From Candidatus Woesearchaeota archaeon (GTDB lineage: Archaea > Nanobdellota > Nanobdellia > Woesearchaeales > JABGXB01): a DNA stretch of 64,000 nucleotides. The position numbers were made by a program, and so were the translations under genes. Positions 19,403 through 29,273 of this stretch are shown piece by piece. The notes under the pieces are model-generated. The model was not told the origin of the DNA, made no database searches, and saw nothing but the letters and a program-made list of their open reading frames with translations. Numbering within the stretch: position 1 is the first letter of the stretch; each line of letters begins with the position of its first letter. Location of the stretch: positions 267,821 to 331,820 of the forward strand of contig JABGXB010000003.1 in NCBI GenBank assembly GCA_018675975.1, in the 5' to 3' direction.

Positions 19403-21691
19403 TTATCCAAAATAACTTTTAATATTATTTTTTATTTCTCTTGCATTAGAAAATTTAAATTTATCTTTAATTTCCTCATATGCTTTTTCAATTTCATCAT
19501 TACTACTAGGTCCAACCCTTTTTAATGCATCATTAAAATCATCCATTGTTACAGATTCCGAATCCATATTTTTTCTCAATGCACTAATTCCAGACTCCCT
19601 ACATAAACTTTGTAAATCTGCACCAACATAATATTCTGTTTCTGTTGCTATAAATTCTAAATCTACATCTTCAGATAATTTCATATTTTTTGTATGAACT
19701 TTTAAAATATTTAATCTTGCTTCATAATCAGGCGTCCCAACTAAAATAATTCTATCAAATCTTCCTGGACGTAATAAACCATTATCAATTATATCTGGTC
19801 TATTAGTTGCAGCAATAATCACAACATCATGTAATTCTTCTAAACCATCCATTTCAGTAAGTAAAGTATTTACAATTCTTTCTGTAACTTTTGAATCTGT
19901 TGTATTTGTTCTTTTTGGTGCAATTGCATCAATTTCATCAAAAAATAAAATACTCGGACTTGTTTCACGTGCCTTATTAAATAATTTTTTAATAGTTTTT
20001 TCAGACTCACCAACCCATTTACTAATTACATCACTACCTTTAACTAAAATAAAATTAGCTTTTGATTCATTAGCAACTGCTTTAGCAAGTAATGTTTTTC
20101 CAGTACCTGGAGATCCATAAAGTAAAATACCTCTTGGTGGATTAATTCCAATTCGTGAAAAACTTTTTGGATGTTTTAATGGCCATTCAACTGCTTCTTT
20201 CAAATCGTTTTTAACATCATTTAAACCACCAATATTTTCCCAACTAACTTTTGGAACTTCAATAAATATTTCTCTAAGTGCACTAGGTCTAACAACTTTT
20301 AATGCATCTTTTAAATCATCTTCACTAACAACTAATTTTTTTAATACACTTTCAGAAATTGGTTCATCTTCATTTAATTTAATTTCAGGAAGTAAACGCC
20401 TCAAAACAATCATTGCTGATTCTTTTACTAAACTACTCAAATCAGCACCAGTAAAACCATAAGTTTGATCTGCAATTGTTTTTAATATATCAGGATTTGT
20501 AAGTGGCATATTTCTTGTATGAATTTTTAAAATATGTAATCTACTATTTGCATTTGGTGCACCTATATGAATTTCACGATCAAATCTTCCAGGCCGTCTC
20601 AATGCAGGATCTAAAGAATTAACTAAATTACTTGCAGCAACTACAATAACTTTGCCTCTTTTATTTAATCCATCCATTAATGTTAATAATTGAGCTACTA
20701 CTCTTCTTTCAACTTCACCTTTACTTTCTTCTCTTTTAGTTGCAATTGCATCAATTTCATCAATAAAAATAATACTTGGGGCATTTTTTTCTGCTTCTTC
20801 AAAAATCCCTCTTAGATTTTTTTCACTTTCCCCATAAAACTTTGACATTATTTCTGGACCATTAATTAAATAAAAACTAGCATTTGTTTCAGCTGCAACA
20901 GCTCTTGCAAGTAATGTTTTACCAGTTCCAGGAGGACCATGTAATAAAACTGCTTTTGGTGCTTCAATACCTAAATGATCAAATAATTCAGGATGTTTTA
21001 GAGGAACTTCAACCATTTCTCTAATTTTTTTAACTTCATCTTCTAAGCCACCAATATCTTCATAACTAATATCATGAATATGTGAACTATCTTCAACTTC
21101 ATCAACACCTTGTGATTGAAATTCTATTATAGTATCATTTGTAATTATAACTGGCTTATTATTAGGTTTTGTAGATATAATAAAATATTTCATATCTGAA
21201 TGAAATAAAAATTTATTTTGCATATCATCAATCAATCTATAAATTTCATTATAATGTGGACTACCTGATAATGTTTTTCTTCTTCTTTTACTCCCACCAA
21301 TACTTACAACATCACCTTTGTAAATTGGTCTACCCAAAAGACCTTGTTTAAATAAATTTGCGGGAGCATCAATAATAATATTTTTTCTTGCAGGGGCAAT
21401 TACAACTTTTTCAGCAGATTTAACATCAGCCTTTCTAACTTTTACACTTTCACCTAAACTAGTTCTTGCATTACGCCTTACAATACCATCAATTCTAATT
21501 ACAGGCCTACCTATGTCCCCAGGATATGCCCTATCAACAATAGCAACTGTTTTTCTCGTACCCTCAATTTCAACAATATCGCCAACTTCAATATCAATTT
21601 GTTTCATTAAATTATAATCTATTCTAACTATACCCTTATTAACATCATCTTCAATTGATGCAATTACATCCAACTGTATTTCTTTTGACAT
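19403..21691 (-). CDS. CDC48/VCP-like AAA+ ATPase (two AAA domains)
   Basis: 762 aa; N-domain plus two Walker A sites GPPGTGKT / GSPGTGKT, Walker B DEIDA, second-region-of-homology motifs. Confidence 0.9.
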   Translation of the reverse strand: MSKEIQLDVIASIEDDVNKGIVRIDYNLMKQIDIEVGDIVEIEGTRKTVAIVDRAYPGDIGRPVIRIDGIVRRNARTSLGESVKVRKADVKSAEKVVIAPARKNIIIDAPANLFKQGLLGRPIYKGDVVSIGGSKRRRKTLSGSPHYNEIYRLIDDMQNKFLFHSDMKYFIISTKPNNKPVIITNDTIIEFQSQGVDEVEDSSHIHDISYEDIGGLEDEVKKIREMVEVPLKHPELFDHLGIEAPKAVLLHGPPGTGKTLLARAVAAETNASFYLINGPEIMSKFYGESEKNLRGIFEEAEKNAPSIIFIDEIDAIATKREESKGEVERRVVAQLLTLMDGLNKRGKVIVVAASNLVNSLDPALRRPGRFDREIHIGAPNANSRLHILKIHTRNMPLTNPDILKTIADQTYGFTGADLSSLVKESAMIVLRRLLPEIKLNEDEPISESVLKKLVVSEDDLKDALKVVRPSALREIFIEVPKVSWENIGGLNDVKNDLKEAVEWPLKHPKSFSRIGINPPRGILLYGSPGTGKTLLAKAVANESKANFILVKGSDVISKWVGESEKTIKKLFNKARETSPSILFFDEIDAIAPKRTNTTDSKVTERIVNTLLTEMDGLEELHDVVIIAATNRPDIIDNGLLRPGRFDRIILVGTPDYEARLNILKVHTKNMKLSEDVDLEFIATETEYYVGADLQSLCRESGISALRKNMDSESVTMDDFNDALKRVGPSSNDEIEKAYEEIKDKFKFSNAREIKNNIKSYFG

Positions 21692-21848
21692 TTTATTATT
21701 TTTTTAATTTATTTTGTTTCACTTCTTATTTATTTTAATAAATTATATATTAATATTAATTATTATACTATTAAAAAAAGAAATTAAATTATAATATATA
21801 TTAAATTGAAATGTGTATATTTCAAAACACACATTTAATTACCTAATA

Positions 21849-22304
21849 TTATTTTTTTGTTGATTTTGGACTCTCACTTGCCTTATCATCACTTTCTTCT
21901 GGTTTATTAAATTTTAACTTCGGCATATTGATAGGCGATGGTAATCCAACTTGTTCACTTAAAAAAATTGATTTAACTAAACTTTTACTATTAATTAAAT
22001 TATAATATTGTTCTCTTAATTCAAGAGGCATTTCTTTATTTTTTTTATATTCATCCGCAACTTCTTTTGAATTATCTATAATATCAATAAAATTTCCTTC
22101 TAATCTTATTTTCCCAATGGAAGGCTTATAAGAAATTGTATAAGAAAATTCCACTAATAAACCATTATTAGTTTGACCATGACCTTGAACATTTGCATAT
22201 TTTAAATCTTCAATTTTAATATCATGATTAATTGTAATTTTTCCTTTCGGACTACTAAGTCTTGTTGCATCAAATTTTGTAAAAGCGAATCCCATAAGTG
22301 CCAT
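21849..22304 (-). CDS. hypothetical protein
   Basis: 151 aa; C-terminal acidic/K-rich tail; no recognised motif. Confidence 0.4.
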   Translation of the reverse strand: MALMGFAFTKFDATRLSSPKGKITINHDIKIEDLKYANVQGHGQTNNGLLVEFSYTISYKPSIGKIRLEGNFIDIIDNSKEVADEYKKNKEMPLELREQYYNLINSKSLVKSIFLSEQVGLPSPINMPKLKFNKPEESDDKASESPKSTKK

Positions 22305-22531
22305 TTTTATTACCTATTTTTATTTTTTTGTTTTTTTAATATATATTTTTATAATTTTTTATTATAATTTTTTTCTATATATCATTTATTTTTAATTATA
22401 TATCATTATAATTATTTAATTCAATTTGGAAAGATTTAACCGACTTTAAAAATATTATGTATAATAAAAAATATAGATAATTTTCCTTAAAACTTATAAA
22501 AGATTCATTTTCACTCAAATTAGGTGTAAAA

Positions 22532-23188
22532 GTGAAATTAAATGAAGGAGATTTTGTAAAATTAAATTATACGGGTTATTTAAAATCTAATAATTTTTGT
22601 ATTGATACAACTATAGAAGAAATTGCAAAAAAGCAAAATATTTTTTCAAAGGAATTTAAATATGGACCAGTTACAGTATGTATTGGAAAAAATAATATTC
22701 TGAATGGAATTGATAAAAATTTAAGTGATAAAGATGAAAAAGAATCTTTTGAATTAGAATTGGAACCAAAAGAGGCTTTTGGAGAAAAAAATAATAATTT
22801 GGCATCAGTTCCATTTAATCAATTTAAGGCAAATAAAGTTAATGTACAAATTGGAGATCAAATTATGTATAATGAAAAACCTGCATTTGTTAAATTTGTA
22901 AATAATAGAATTGTTATGTTAGATTTTAACCATCCTTATGCTGGTGAAATTATAAATTATAAAATAGAATTATTAGGAAAAGTGGAAGATAAAAAAAATC
23001 AATTTATTGCCTTGGTTATTAATAGATTAAATTTTAATGAAGAAATGTTTAGTGTGGAATTAAATGATAATATTATTAATTTTACAATAAATGAAAAAGA
23101 ACTTCCAAAACAATTTCAAGATGAATTTGAAAAATACGTAAAAGAATCCATTGAAATTGAAAAAATAAATTATAGTTTTAAAAAATAA
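22532..23188 (+). CDS. FKBP-type peptidyl-prolyl cis-trans isomerase (archaeal SlyD/FkpA-like with IF insert)
   Basis: 218 aa; GDFVKLNYTGYL ... LDFNHPYAGEIINYKIELL matches archaeal FKBP motifs. Confidence 0.8.
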   Translation: MKLNEGDFVKLNYTGYLKSNNFCIDTTIEEIAKKQNIFSKEFKYGPVTVCIGKNNILNGIDKNLSDKDEKESFELELEPKEAFGEKNNNLASVPFNQFKANKVNVQIGDQIMYNEKPAFVKFVNNRIVMLDFNHPYAGEIINYKIELLGKVEDKKNQFIALVINRLNFNEEMFSVELNDNIINFTINEKELPKQFQDEFEKYVKESIEIEKINYSFKK

Positions 23189-23277
23189 TTATTTTTTAAC
23201 TATTTTTATTTTATTTATATTGTACACTTACAAAATATTTATTAATATGATAAAAACAAAATCTGTATTAAAAGAGG

Positions 23278-24441
23278 ATGGTAATGGATAGTTTTATTTC
23301 GTCGGCAAAAGCCCAGATTGAACAACAAGTAGAAGAAGATCAAAATCAGACTGAATTATTAAATAAATCAATTCAGACTGAACCTAAATATGATACTTCA
23401 ATTGATGATGAATTAGCTACAATTCTAAAAAGACAACAAGCTAAAATTAAAGTTGTTGGAATAGGTGGTGGTGGAAATAATACTATTAATAGAATTAGTG
23501 AAGTTGGTATTTATGGAATTCAAACTATTGCAATAAATACTGATGCTCAAGATTTATTATATACTACTGCAGAAAAAAAGATTTTAATTGGTAAAGAAAT
23601 TGCACGTGGTCTTGGTGCGGGTTCAGTTCCAAAAGTTGGTGAAGAAGCTGCACGTGAATCTGAAAACGAATTAAAAGAAATTACATCCGGATCAGATATG
23701 ATTTTTATTACATGTGGTATGGGTGGTGGTACTGGTACTGGTGCGGCACCTGTTATTGCAGAATTTGCTAAAAAAGCAGGAGCATTAACTGTTGGTGTTG
23801 TAACTGTTCCTTTTTTAATGGAAGGTTCAAGACGTCATGAAAATGCTATAATGGGCCTTGAAAAAATGGAACATTATGTTGATACTTTAATTGTTATTCC
23901 AAATAATAAATTATTAGAATTAGCTCCTGATTTACCTTTACAAACAGCATTTAAAGTTGCTGATGAAATTCTAACAAACTCAGTTAAAGGAATTGCTGAA
24001 TTAGTAACAAAAGCTGGTTTAGTTAATTTAGATTTTGCAGATATTCGAACAGTTATGGGTAATGGTGGTATTGCACTTATTGGTGTTGGAGAAAGTGATA
24101 ATGAAAACAGAGCTCAAGAAGCAGTAGATAAAGCAATAAATAATCCACTTTTAGATGTTGATATTAGTGGAGCAAGTGGTGCTTTAATTAATGTTAGCGG
24201 CGGTCCAGATATGACTTTAGATGAAGCTAGAAAAGTTGTTGAAACAATTTCACAAAAACTAGATGAAGATGCAAGAATTATTTGGGGAGCACAAATTAGT
24301 AAAGATTTAGAAAGTACATTAAGAGTAATGTTAATTGTAGTTGGTGTAAATAGTAGTCAAATATTTGGAAATAAAGTAAGAAAGTCAACAACTAAAAAAC
24401 ACGATATGGAAAAAGAATTAGGTATTGACTTTATTGAATAA
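23278..24441 (+). CDS. ftsZ: cell division GTPase FtsZ
   Basis: 387 aa; tubulin signature [17 protein letters not shown]7 loop region; roughly 50-aa N-terminal extension. Confidence 0.9.
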   Translation: MVMDSFISSAKAQIEQQVEEDQNQTELLNKSIQTEPKYDTSIDDELATILKRQQAKIKVVGIGGGGNNTINRISEVGIYGIQTIAINTDAQDLLYTTAEKKILIGKEIARGLGAGSVPKVGEEAARESENELKEITSGSDMIFITCGMGGGTGTGAAPVIAEFAKKAGALTVGVVTVPFLMEGSRRHENAIMGLEKMEHYVDTLIVIPNNKLLELAPDLPLQTAFKVADEILTNSVKGIAELVTKAGLVNLDFADIRTVMGNGGIALIGVGESDNENRAQEAVDKAINNPLLDVDISGASGALINVSGGPDMTLDEARKVVETISQKLDEDARIIWGAQISKDLESTLRVMLIVVGVNSSQIFGNKVRKSTTKKHDMEKELGIDFIE

Positions 24442-24455
24442 AATTTATTTTTTTA

Positions 24456-25112
24456 TTAAATATTATTTTTAGAATTATTATAAATATATTTTGCAGCATC
24501 CAAAAAATCTTTTGCAATAAAAATATCTCCTTTTAATTGTTCAACTTTTTGTCTATCTCCTAGTTCTCTTGTTTTATAACTTTCAACTAAAATTCCAGTT
24601 CCTCCAATATTTAAACCCATTTGAACGTCAGAAAAACGATCCCCAATCATATAAATTTTACAATCTTCTTTTTTTACATTTAAATCAGTTAATGCTTTTT
24701 CAATCATACCAATATTTGGTTTTAAATCAAGACAGTTTTCTCTAATATATTTTTGATCTACTCTTCTTCCTTTTTCTAGTGCTTTTTTTACATAATTAGA
24801 ATCAACAAATGGACATGCATAATAATGATCAACTAAAGCTTCTTCATCTCTTAATTTATCTAAAATATATCTATTTACTTCATGCATTCTCTCAAAGGTT
24901 AAATTATCAAAATTTCCTCCTTCAAGTGCAACTCCAGATTGATTAGTTAAAATAAAAAACCGTGAATTTGGAATCTGATTAATTAATTTAATTCCATCCA
25001 CAACACCATCTAAAAAACTAACTTGTTCACGCCAATTAGAACTACTACCTAAATAAAAATTTTTATCTAAATTTATAGTCCCATCCCTATCAGAAAAAAC
25101 TAAAGTATACAT
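24456..25112 (-). CDS. HAD-IIIA phosphatase, GmhB (D,D-heptose-1,7-bisphosphate phosphatase) / histidinol-phosphatase-like
   Basis: 218 aa; motif I FSDRDGTIN, motif II ILTNQSGVA, motif III KPNIGM, motif IV GDRFSDVQMGLNIG. Confidence 0.7.
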   Translation of the reverse strand: MYTLVFSDRDGTINLDKNFYLGSSSNWREQVSFLDGVVDGIKLINQIPNSRFFILTNQSGVALEGGNFDNLTFERMHEVNRYILDKLRDEEALVDHYYACPFVDSNYVKKALEKGRRVDQKYIRENCLDLKPNIGMIEKALTDLNVKKEDCKIYMIGDRFSDVQMGLNIGGTGILVESYKTRELGDRQKVEQLKGDIFIAKDFLDAAKYIYNNSKNNI

Positions 25113-25181
25113 AATTTCAAAAAAATTATTATATTTATAAAATTAATTAGAAAATAAAAATTTAAATAAAAAAAATAAAAA

Positions 25182-25856
25182 TTAATCTCGTCTTATTACA
25201 TTAATATCTTCTATTCTACGAGTCATTGGAATTGGAACTGCTGCATCCAGCAATTCAATTACAACTTCTTCTTTAAATAAATCTACTCTTGTAATTTTTG
25301 CTCTTTCCTTTTTGAAAGGACCAGCTATAATTTCTACTATATCTCCTTTTCTAATGTCAACTTCTTTTTTCTCAGTAGATATTAAATGTAAAACTTCTTT
25401 TTCAGAAATTGGTGTTGGCAATACATTTCTTGCATATGGTATTCTAAATGCAGCCTTATCAACTTCATATTTGTCAGAAGCTTCAATAAAAATAAAACTT
25501 TTAATTCCGTGTGGAATAATAATTGAAAAAATATTTAATTCTTTTCTCTTTGCATTTGCTGTTAAAAAATCAGCCACAGTTTCTTCTCTATTGGCAGTAC
25601 ATTTTAATGCAAAAATAGGATTATTAATTACATTTTCAACTTCTTTTGAATTGTTTTCATTATTTTGATTATTTGAATTATCTTTAGGTTCTTGATATAC
25701 TTCTTTACCTGCAAGTGGACCTTGAGGTTCACTTTTTTTTTCATTATTATTTTTAATTACTATAGTAGAAGACTTACCGTCACTATCTGCTTTATCTAAT
25801 TCATTAGATAAATCATCTACACTGAAATTTTCAAACTCATCATCATATCCTGACAT
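25182..25856 (-). CDS. spt5: transcription elongation factor Spt5 (NusG family) with acidic N-terminal extension
   Basis: 224 aa; NGN domain IFALKCTANREETVADFL and KOW motif GDIVEIIAGPFKKERAKITRVD; first about 75 residues are low-complexity acidic/N-rich. Confidence 0.75.
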   Translation of the reverse strand: MSGYDDEFENFSVDDLSNELDKADSDGKSSTIVIKNNNEKKSEPQGPLAGKEVYQEPKDNSNNQNNENNSKEVENVINNPIFALKCTANREETVADFLTANAKRKELNIFSIIIPHGIKSFIFIEASDKYEVDKAAFRIPYARNVLPTPISEKEVLHLISTEKKEVDIRKGDIVEIIAGPFKKERAKITRVDLFKEEVVIELLDAAVPIPMTRRIEDINVIRRD

Positions 25857-25933
25857 TTTAAATCCTCTTAAGTCTAGTTTAAAGATTACCTAACTAGAAA
25901 TATAATAATAGGTATAGCTCATTCTTTATAAAT

Positions 25934-26161
25934 TTAATTCTTACTTACTTTTATTATATTAACTGGACATGATAATTCAGCATTTTTTGCTGATTCATAT
26001 TCATCTTCAGTTTCAACCTTATTAAAAAAATCTTTATTTTGTTTAGAATCAATTAAATTGCTTTTCCCATCCTTTTCATCAATAATAAACAAATTAGGAG
26101 CTTCTTCAACACATGCATTACAACCTATGCATTTTCGTCTTAAATGATTTATATTAATCAA
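25934..26161 (-). CDS. small 4Fe-4S ferredoxin
   Basis: 75 aa; CIGCNAC ... CP cluster-binding pattern; overlaps the stop of the upstream U32 gene by 8 nt. Confidence 0.65.
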   Translation of the reverse strand: MININHLRRKCIGCNACVEEAPNLFIIDEKDGKSNLIDSKQNKDFFNKVETEDEYESAKNAELSCPVNIIKVSKN

Positions 26162-27395
26162 TATTTATCACCTTGAATAATTTATCATTTGGTCTAATTA
26201 TTTCATTTATATGTGTAGTAAAAACATCTCCTTTATTTACAATATCAACAAATTTTTCATTTAACATTAATTCATTAACTTTATTTTCAATAACGCCAGT
26301 GGTCTGACCAGTTATCATAATATTATCATCTTTACTAATTGAATCAGAATGAATTTTAAATTCAGCTATATTGGTTTTTTTAAAATAATTTGTACAGATA
26401 CCGATTAATATTTTTTTTTTTGTCGCAATACTGCCTCTTTGATTATGCCATTGACCTAAATGACGTCCAAGATAATAACCATCCCAAAATCCTCTATTAT
26501 AAACACCAGATAATCTTTTTTTCCAATTATCTATTTTTTCTATATTAAATGTCCCATCCAATATAGAATTTAAAGCTTCTTTATAACATTCAGTTGTAAC
26601 TTTTACATAGTCTGCTGATTTTCCCCTGCCCTCTATTTTTAAAACAGTTACACCAGCATTAATTATTTTATCTAAAAAATCAATTGTACACAAATCTTTT
26701 GGAGACATTATATATTCATTATCAATTTTTAATTCATTTCCTTCTTCATCTTTAACAGTATATGTACGACGACAATTTTGTTTACAAGCACCACGATTAG
26801 CAGAAGAATTTGCAGTATGTAGACTTAAATAACATTTACCACTAACTGCCATACATAATGCACCATGAACAAAAATTTCAATTCCAACTAAATTTCCATT
26901 TGGCCCACATATATTTTCTTTTTTTATTAAATCACATATTTCTTTTACTTGTTTTATAGTACATTCTCTTGAAAGTACAATTACATCAGCAAATTTTGAA
27001 AAAAATTTAACTGTTTCAAAATTAGTAACATTTGCTTGAGTAGAAATATGTACAGATAATCCAATTTCATTTGCATAATTGATTACAGCTAAATCTGAAG
27101 CAATAACAGAATCAATCCCACTATTTTTTGCACAACTTACAATTTCTTTCATTAAAACTATATCGTGACTATATACTATTGTATTTAGAGTTAAATAGGT
27201 TTTTACATTTTTTATTTTACATTGTTGAGCAATTTTTTTTAAATCTTCAATAGTAAAATTAATTGAACTTCTAGCTCTCATATTTAACTGTTCAATTCCA
27301 AAATAAATTGAATCAGCACCTGCATTTAATGCAGCATTTAAATTCTCCCAACTCCCAACTGGAGCCATAATTTCATATTTCATATTATATTGCAA
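26154..27395 (-). CDS. peptidase U32 family protein (RlhA/TrhP/UbiU-like)
   Basis: 413 aa; U32 signature EIFVHGALCMAVSGKCYLS; N-terminal TIM-barrel region GADSIYFGIEQ. Confidence 0.75.
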   Translation of the reverse strand: MQYNMKYEIMAPVGSWENLNAALNAGADSIYFGIEQLNMRARSSINFTIEDLKKIAQQCKIKNVKTYLTLNTIVYSHDIVLMKEIVSCAKNSGIDSVIASDLAVINYANEIGLSVHISTQANVTNFETVKFFSKFADVIVLSRECTIKQVKEICDLIKKENICGPNGNLVGIEIFVHGALCMAVSGKCYLSLHTANSSANRGACKQNCRRTYTVKDEEGNELKIDNEYIMSPKDLCTIDFLDKIINAGVTVLKIEGRGKSADYVKVTTECYKEALNSILDGTFNIEKIDNWKKRLSGVYNRGFWDGYYLGRHLGQWHNQRGSIATKKKILIGICTNYFKKTNIAEFKIHSDSISKDDNIMITGQTTGVIENKVNELMLNEKFVDIVNKGDVFTTHINEIIRPNDKLFKVINID

Positions 27396-27425
27396 AAATA
27401 GTTTATTATAAAATTAGTGTTTTAA

Positions 27426-27707
27426 TTAATTTTGTCCAAGACCAAAATTCTCTAAAAAACTTAAAACAACTTTATATTCAGTTAAATATTTATATCCCTT
27501 ATCTGTTAAAATATAGTTTTTACCACGTTTTTGAAATTCTTCTGATATAAATCCCTTAGACATTAATTCATTCAAATATTCTTTCATCATCGTATGACTT
27601 AAATTACTTTTATACATTAAATGAGTAGGCTTAATTTTTCCACCCTTATCCATGATGGATTTTAATATATCAAAGATTACTTGTAACTTTTCTCTCTTCT
27701 TACTCAT
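27426..27707 (-). CDS. winged-helix DNA-binding protein
   Basis: 93 aa; archaeal-type wHTH topology (HLMYKSNLSHTMMKEYLNELMSKGFI...ILTDKGYKYL). Confidence 0.5.
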   Translation of the reverse strand: MSKKREKLQVIFDILKSIMDKGGKIKPTHLMYKSNLSHTMMKEYLNELMSKGFISEEFQKRGKNYILTDKGYKYLTEYKVVLSFLENFGLGQN

Positions 27708-27870
27708 ATTTTAACACGTTTTTCTTTCTTTTTAAATATTTATATTATAATTTTATACAATAGTGGCAAAATATTAAATATAATCTCTGATATTACCCAA
27801 ATTCTTAATCATTTCTAATAAAAAATAAAAGAAAAAAAAAGAAAGAGAGAAAAGGGTTTTTTTTGGAGGC

Positions 27871-27899
27871 TTAAGATATTTAAAATCTTAATATTAAGT
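27871..27899. promoter_or_regulatory. inverted repeat ttaagat-N7-atcttaa (+ tattaag) in a divergent promoter region
   Basis: Read directly, next to a polypurine tract (27833..27858), between the divergent wHTH gene and a membrane-protein gene. Confidence 0.3.
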
Positions 27900-28001
27900 A
27901 ATATATTATAATTTATAAAAGCTATAAAGAAAACATAGTTAATAAAAAACTAGACAAATATTGCATAAAGCTTAAAAATAAAAATCGAAAAATCAGTATA
28001 A

Positions 28002-28658
28002 ATGGTATATACTAGTTTAGGTCCTGCTTGGTTTGAAACATATGGAATTATATTTGAAATCATATTTATTCTAATTACAGGTTTAATTGCTTTAAGATCA
28101 TATCGAGCATATAAATTAATTAAAAAGAAAGAATTATTAACATTTACATTATCATTTGGACTTTTTTGTTTAGCATTTTTTACACAATTTATAATTAATT
28201 TATTAATTGTATTAAATAAACAATCAAAAGATCATTTACTTTCTCCATTAAATACTTTAAATACAGTAATTACATCGAATTTTCAATTAAGTAGCATGTG
28301 TTATTTTTTCTTTTCATTATTTACAATATGTGGTTTATTATTATTCATATATTTAACATTTGAAATTAGAAATAGAAGATTATTATTACTATTATTTGTA
28401 TTAGTAGTATTAGCACAAATAACTGCAATAAATAAAATTGTTTTATTTTATGTATTCTCCACAATTTTTTATGGATTTATAGTTGAATTTTATTATAGAA
28501 AAAAAATAAAAGTTGCATTTTTAGGTTTTGTATTTTTATTAATTAGCAATATATCATTTTTATTTATACCACTTAGTGAATTTGCATTTGTAATTGGAAA
28601 TTTTTTAACACTAGTTGGTTATTTAATTCTAGCAAAATTATTGAAAAAAAATAATTAA
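28002..28658 (+). CDS. hypothetical polytopic membrane protein
   Basis: 218 aa; about 6 hydrophobic helices; no motif. Confidence 0.5.
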   Translation: MVYTSLGPAWFETYGIIFEIIFILITGLIALRSYRAYKLIKKKELLTFTLSFGLFCLAFFTQFIINLLIVLNKQSKDHLLSPLNTLNTVITSNFQLSSMCYFFFSLFTICGLLLFIYLTFEIRNRRLLLLLFVLVVLAQITAINKIVLFYVFSTIFYGFIVEFYYRKKIKVAFLGFVFLLISNISFLFIPLSEFAFVIGNFLTLVGYLILAKLLKKNN

Positions 28659-28736
28659 TAATTATAGTATATGATTTTATCTATATAATTTATTACATAA
28701 AATAACTTTATATAATAATTAACCAAAATAAATAGT

Positions 28737-29189
28737 ATGGATGAAAATATAATTAAACAAAGAATAATTCAACATACCTTATCACACGCTGATGAATATA
28801 GAGGTTATTTAACTCATTCAGGATTATTTCATTTAACAAATAATTTAGAATTAATTGGAAAATATCCTAGTGGAAGATTATTTCAAGGATTTTTAGTTGA
28901 TATTCTTGCTAATGAAATTAAACCTATATCTAATACAAACAAATCTCCTTTTTTGTCTTATCAAGTTAAAAAATTAAAACCAAATAATTTTGAATCTTTA
29001 ATTCTATCAGGAAAATATACTTTATCATATGACCCTGAAAAAAAAATGGTTTATTTAAAATCTAGAGAAATTGAAAAAGTAGAAAATATGAATGCATTAA
29101 GAAATGAAGAATTTTATAGATTATCTGCAGGAATGATGGGTTATAAAAATGACATTAATCCAATGATTAAAATATTATTTGAAGAATAA
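28737..29189 (+). CDS. hypothetical protein
   Basis: 150 aa ORF preceding the three-gene cassette; no motif. Confidence 0.45.
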   Translation: MDENIIKQRIIQHTLSHADEYRGYLTHSGLFHLTNNLELIGKYPSGRLFQGFLVDILANEIKPISNTNKSPFLSYQVKKLKPNNFESLILSGKYTLSYDPEKKMVYLKSREIEKVENMNALRNEEFYRLSAGMMGYKNDINPMIKILFEE

Positions 29190-29273
29190 AAAATTAAATT
29201 TAAAATATAGATTTTAAAATTACAAAATACTTATAATAAATTTGAACTCATTTAAAATAAAAAAGGTGTATAT

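Noticed and set aside
18472-25668. Antisense ORFs 18472..18690 and 25312..25668
   Set aside because: They are antisense to the Nudix and Spt5 genes. They have no motifs and hydrophobic low-complexity composition.
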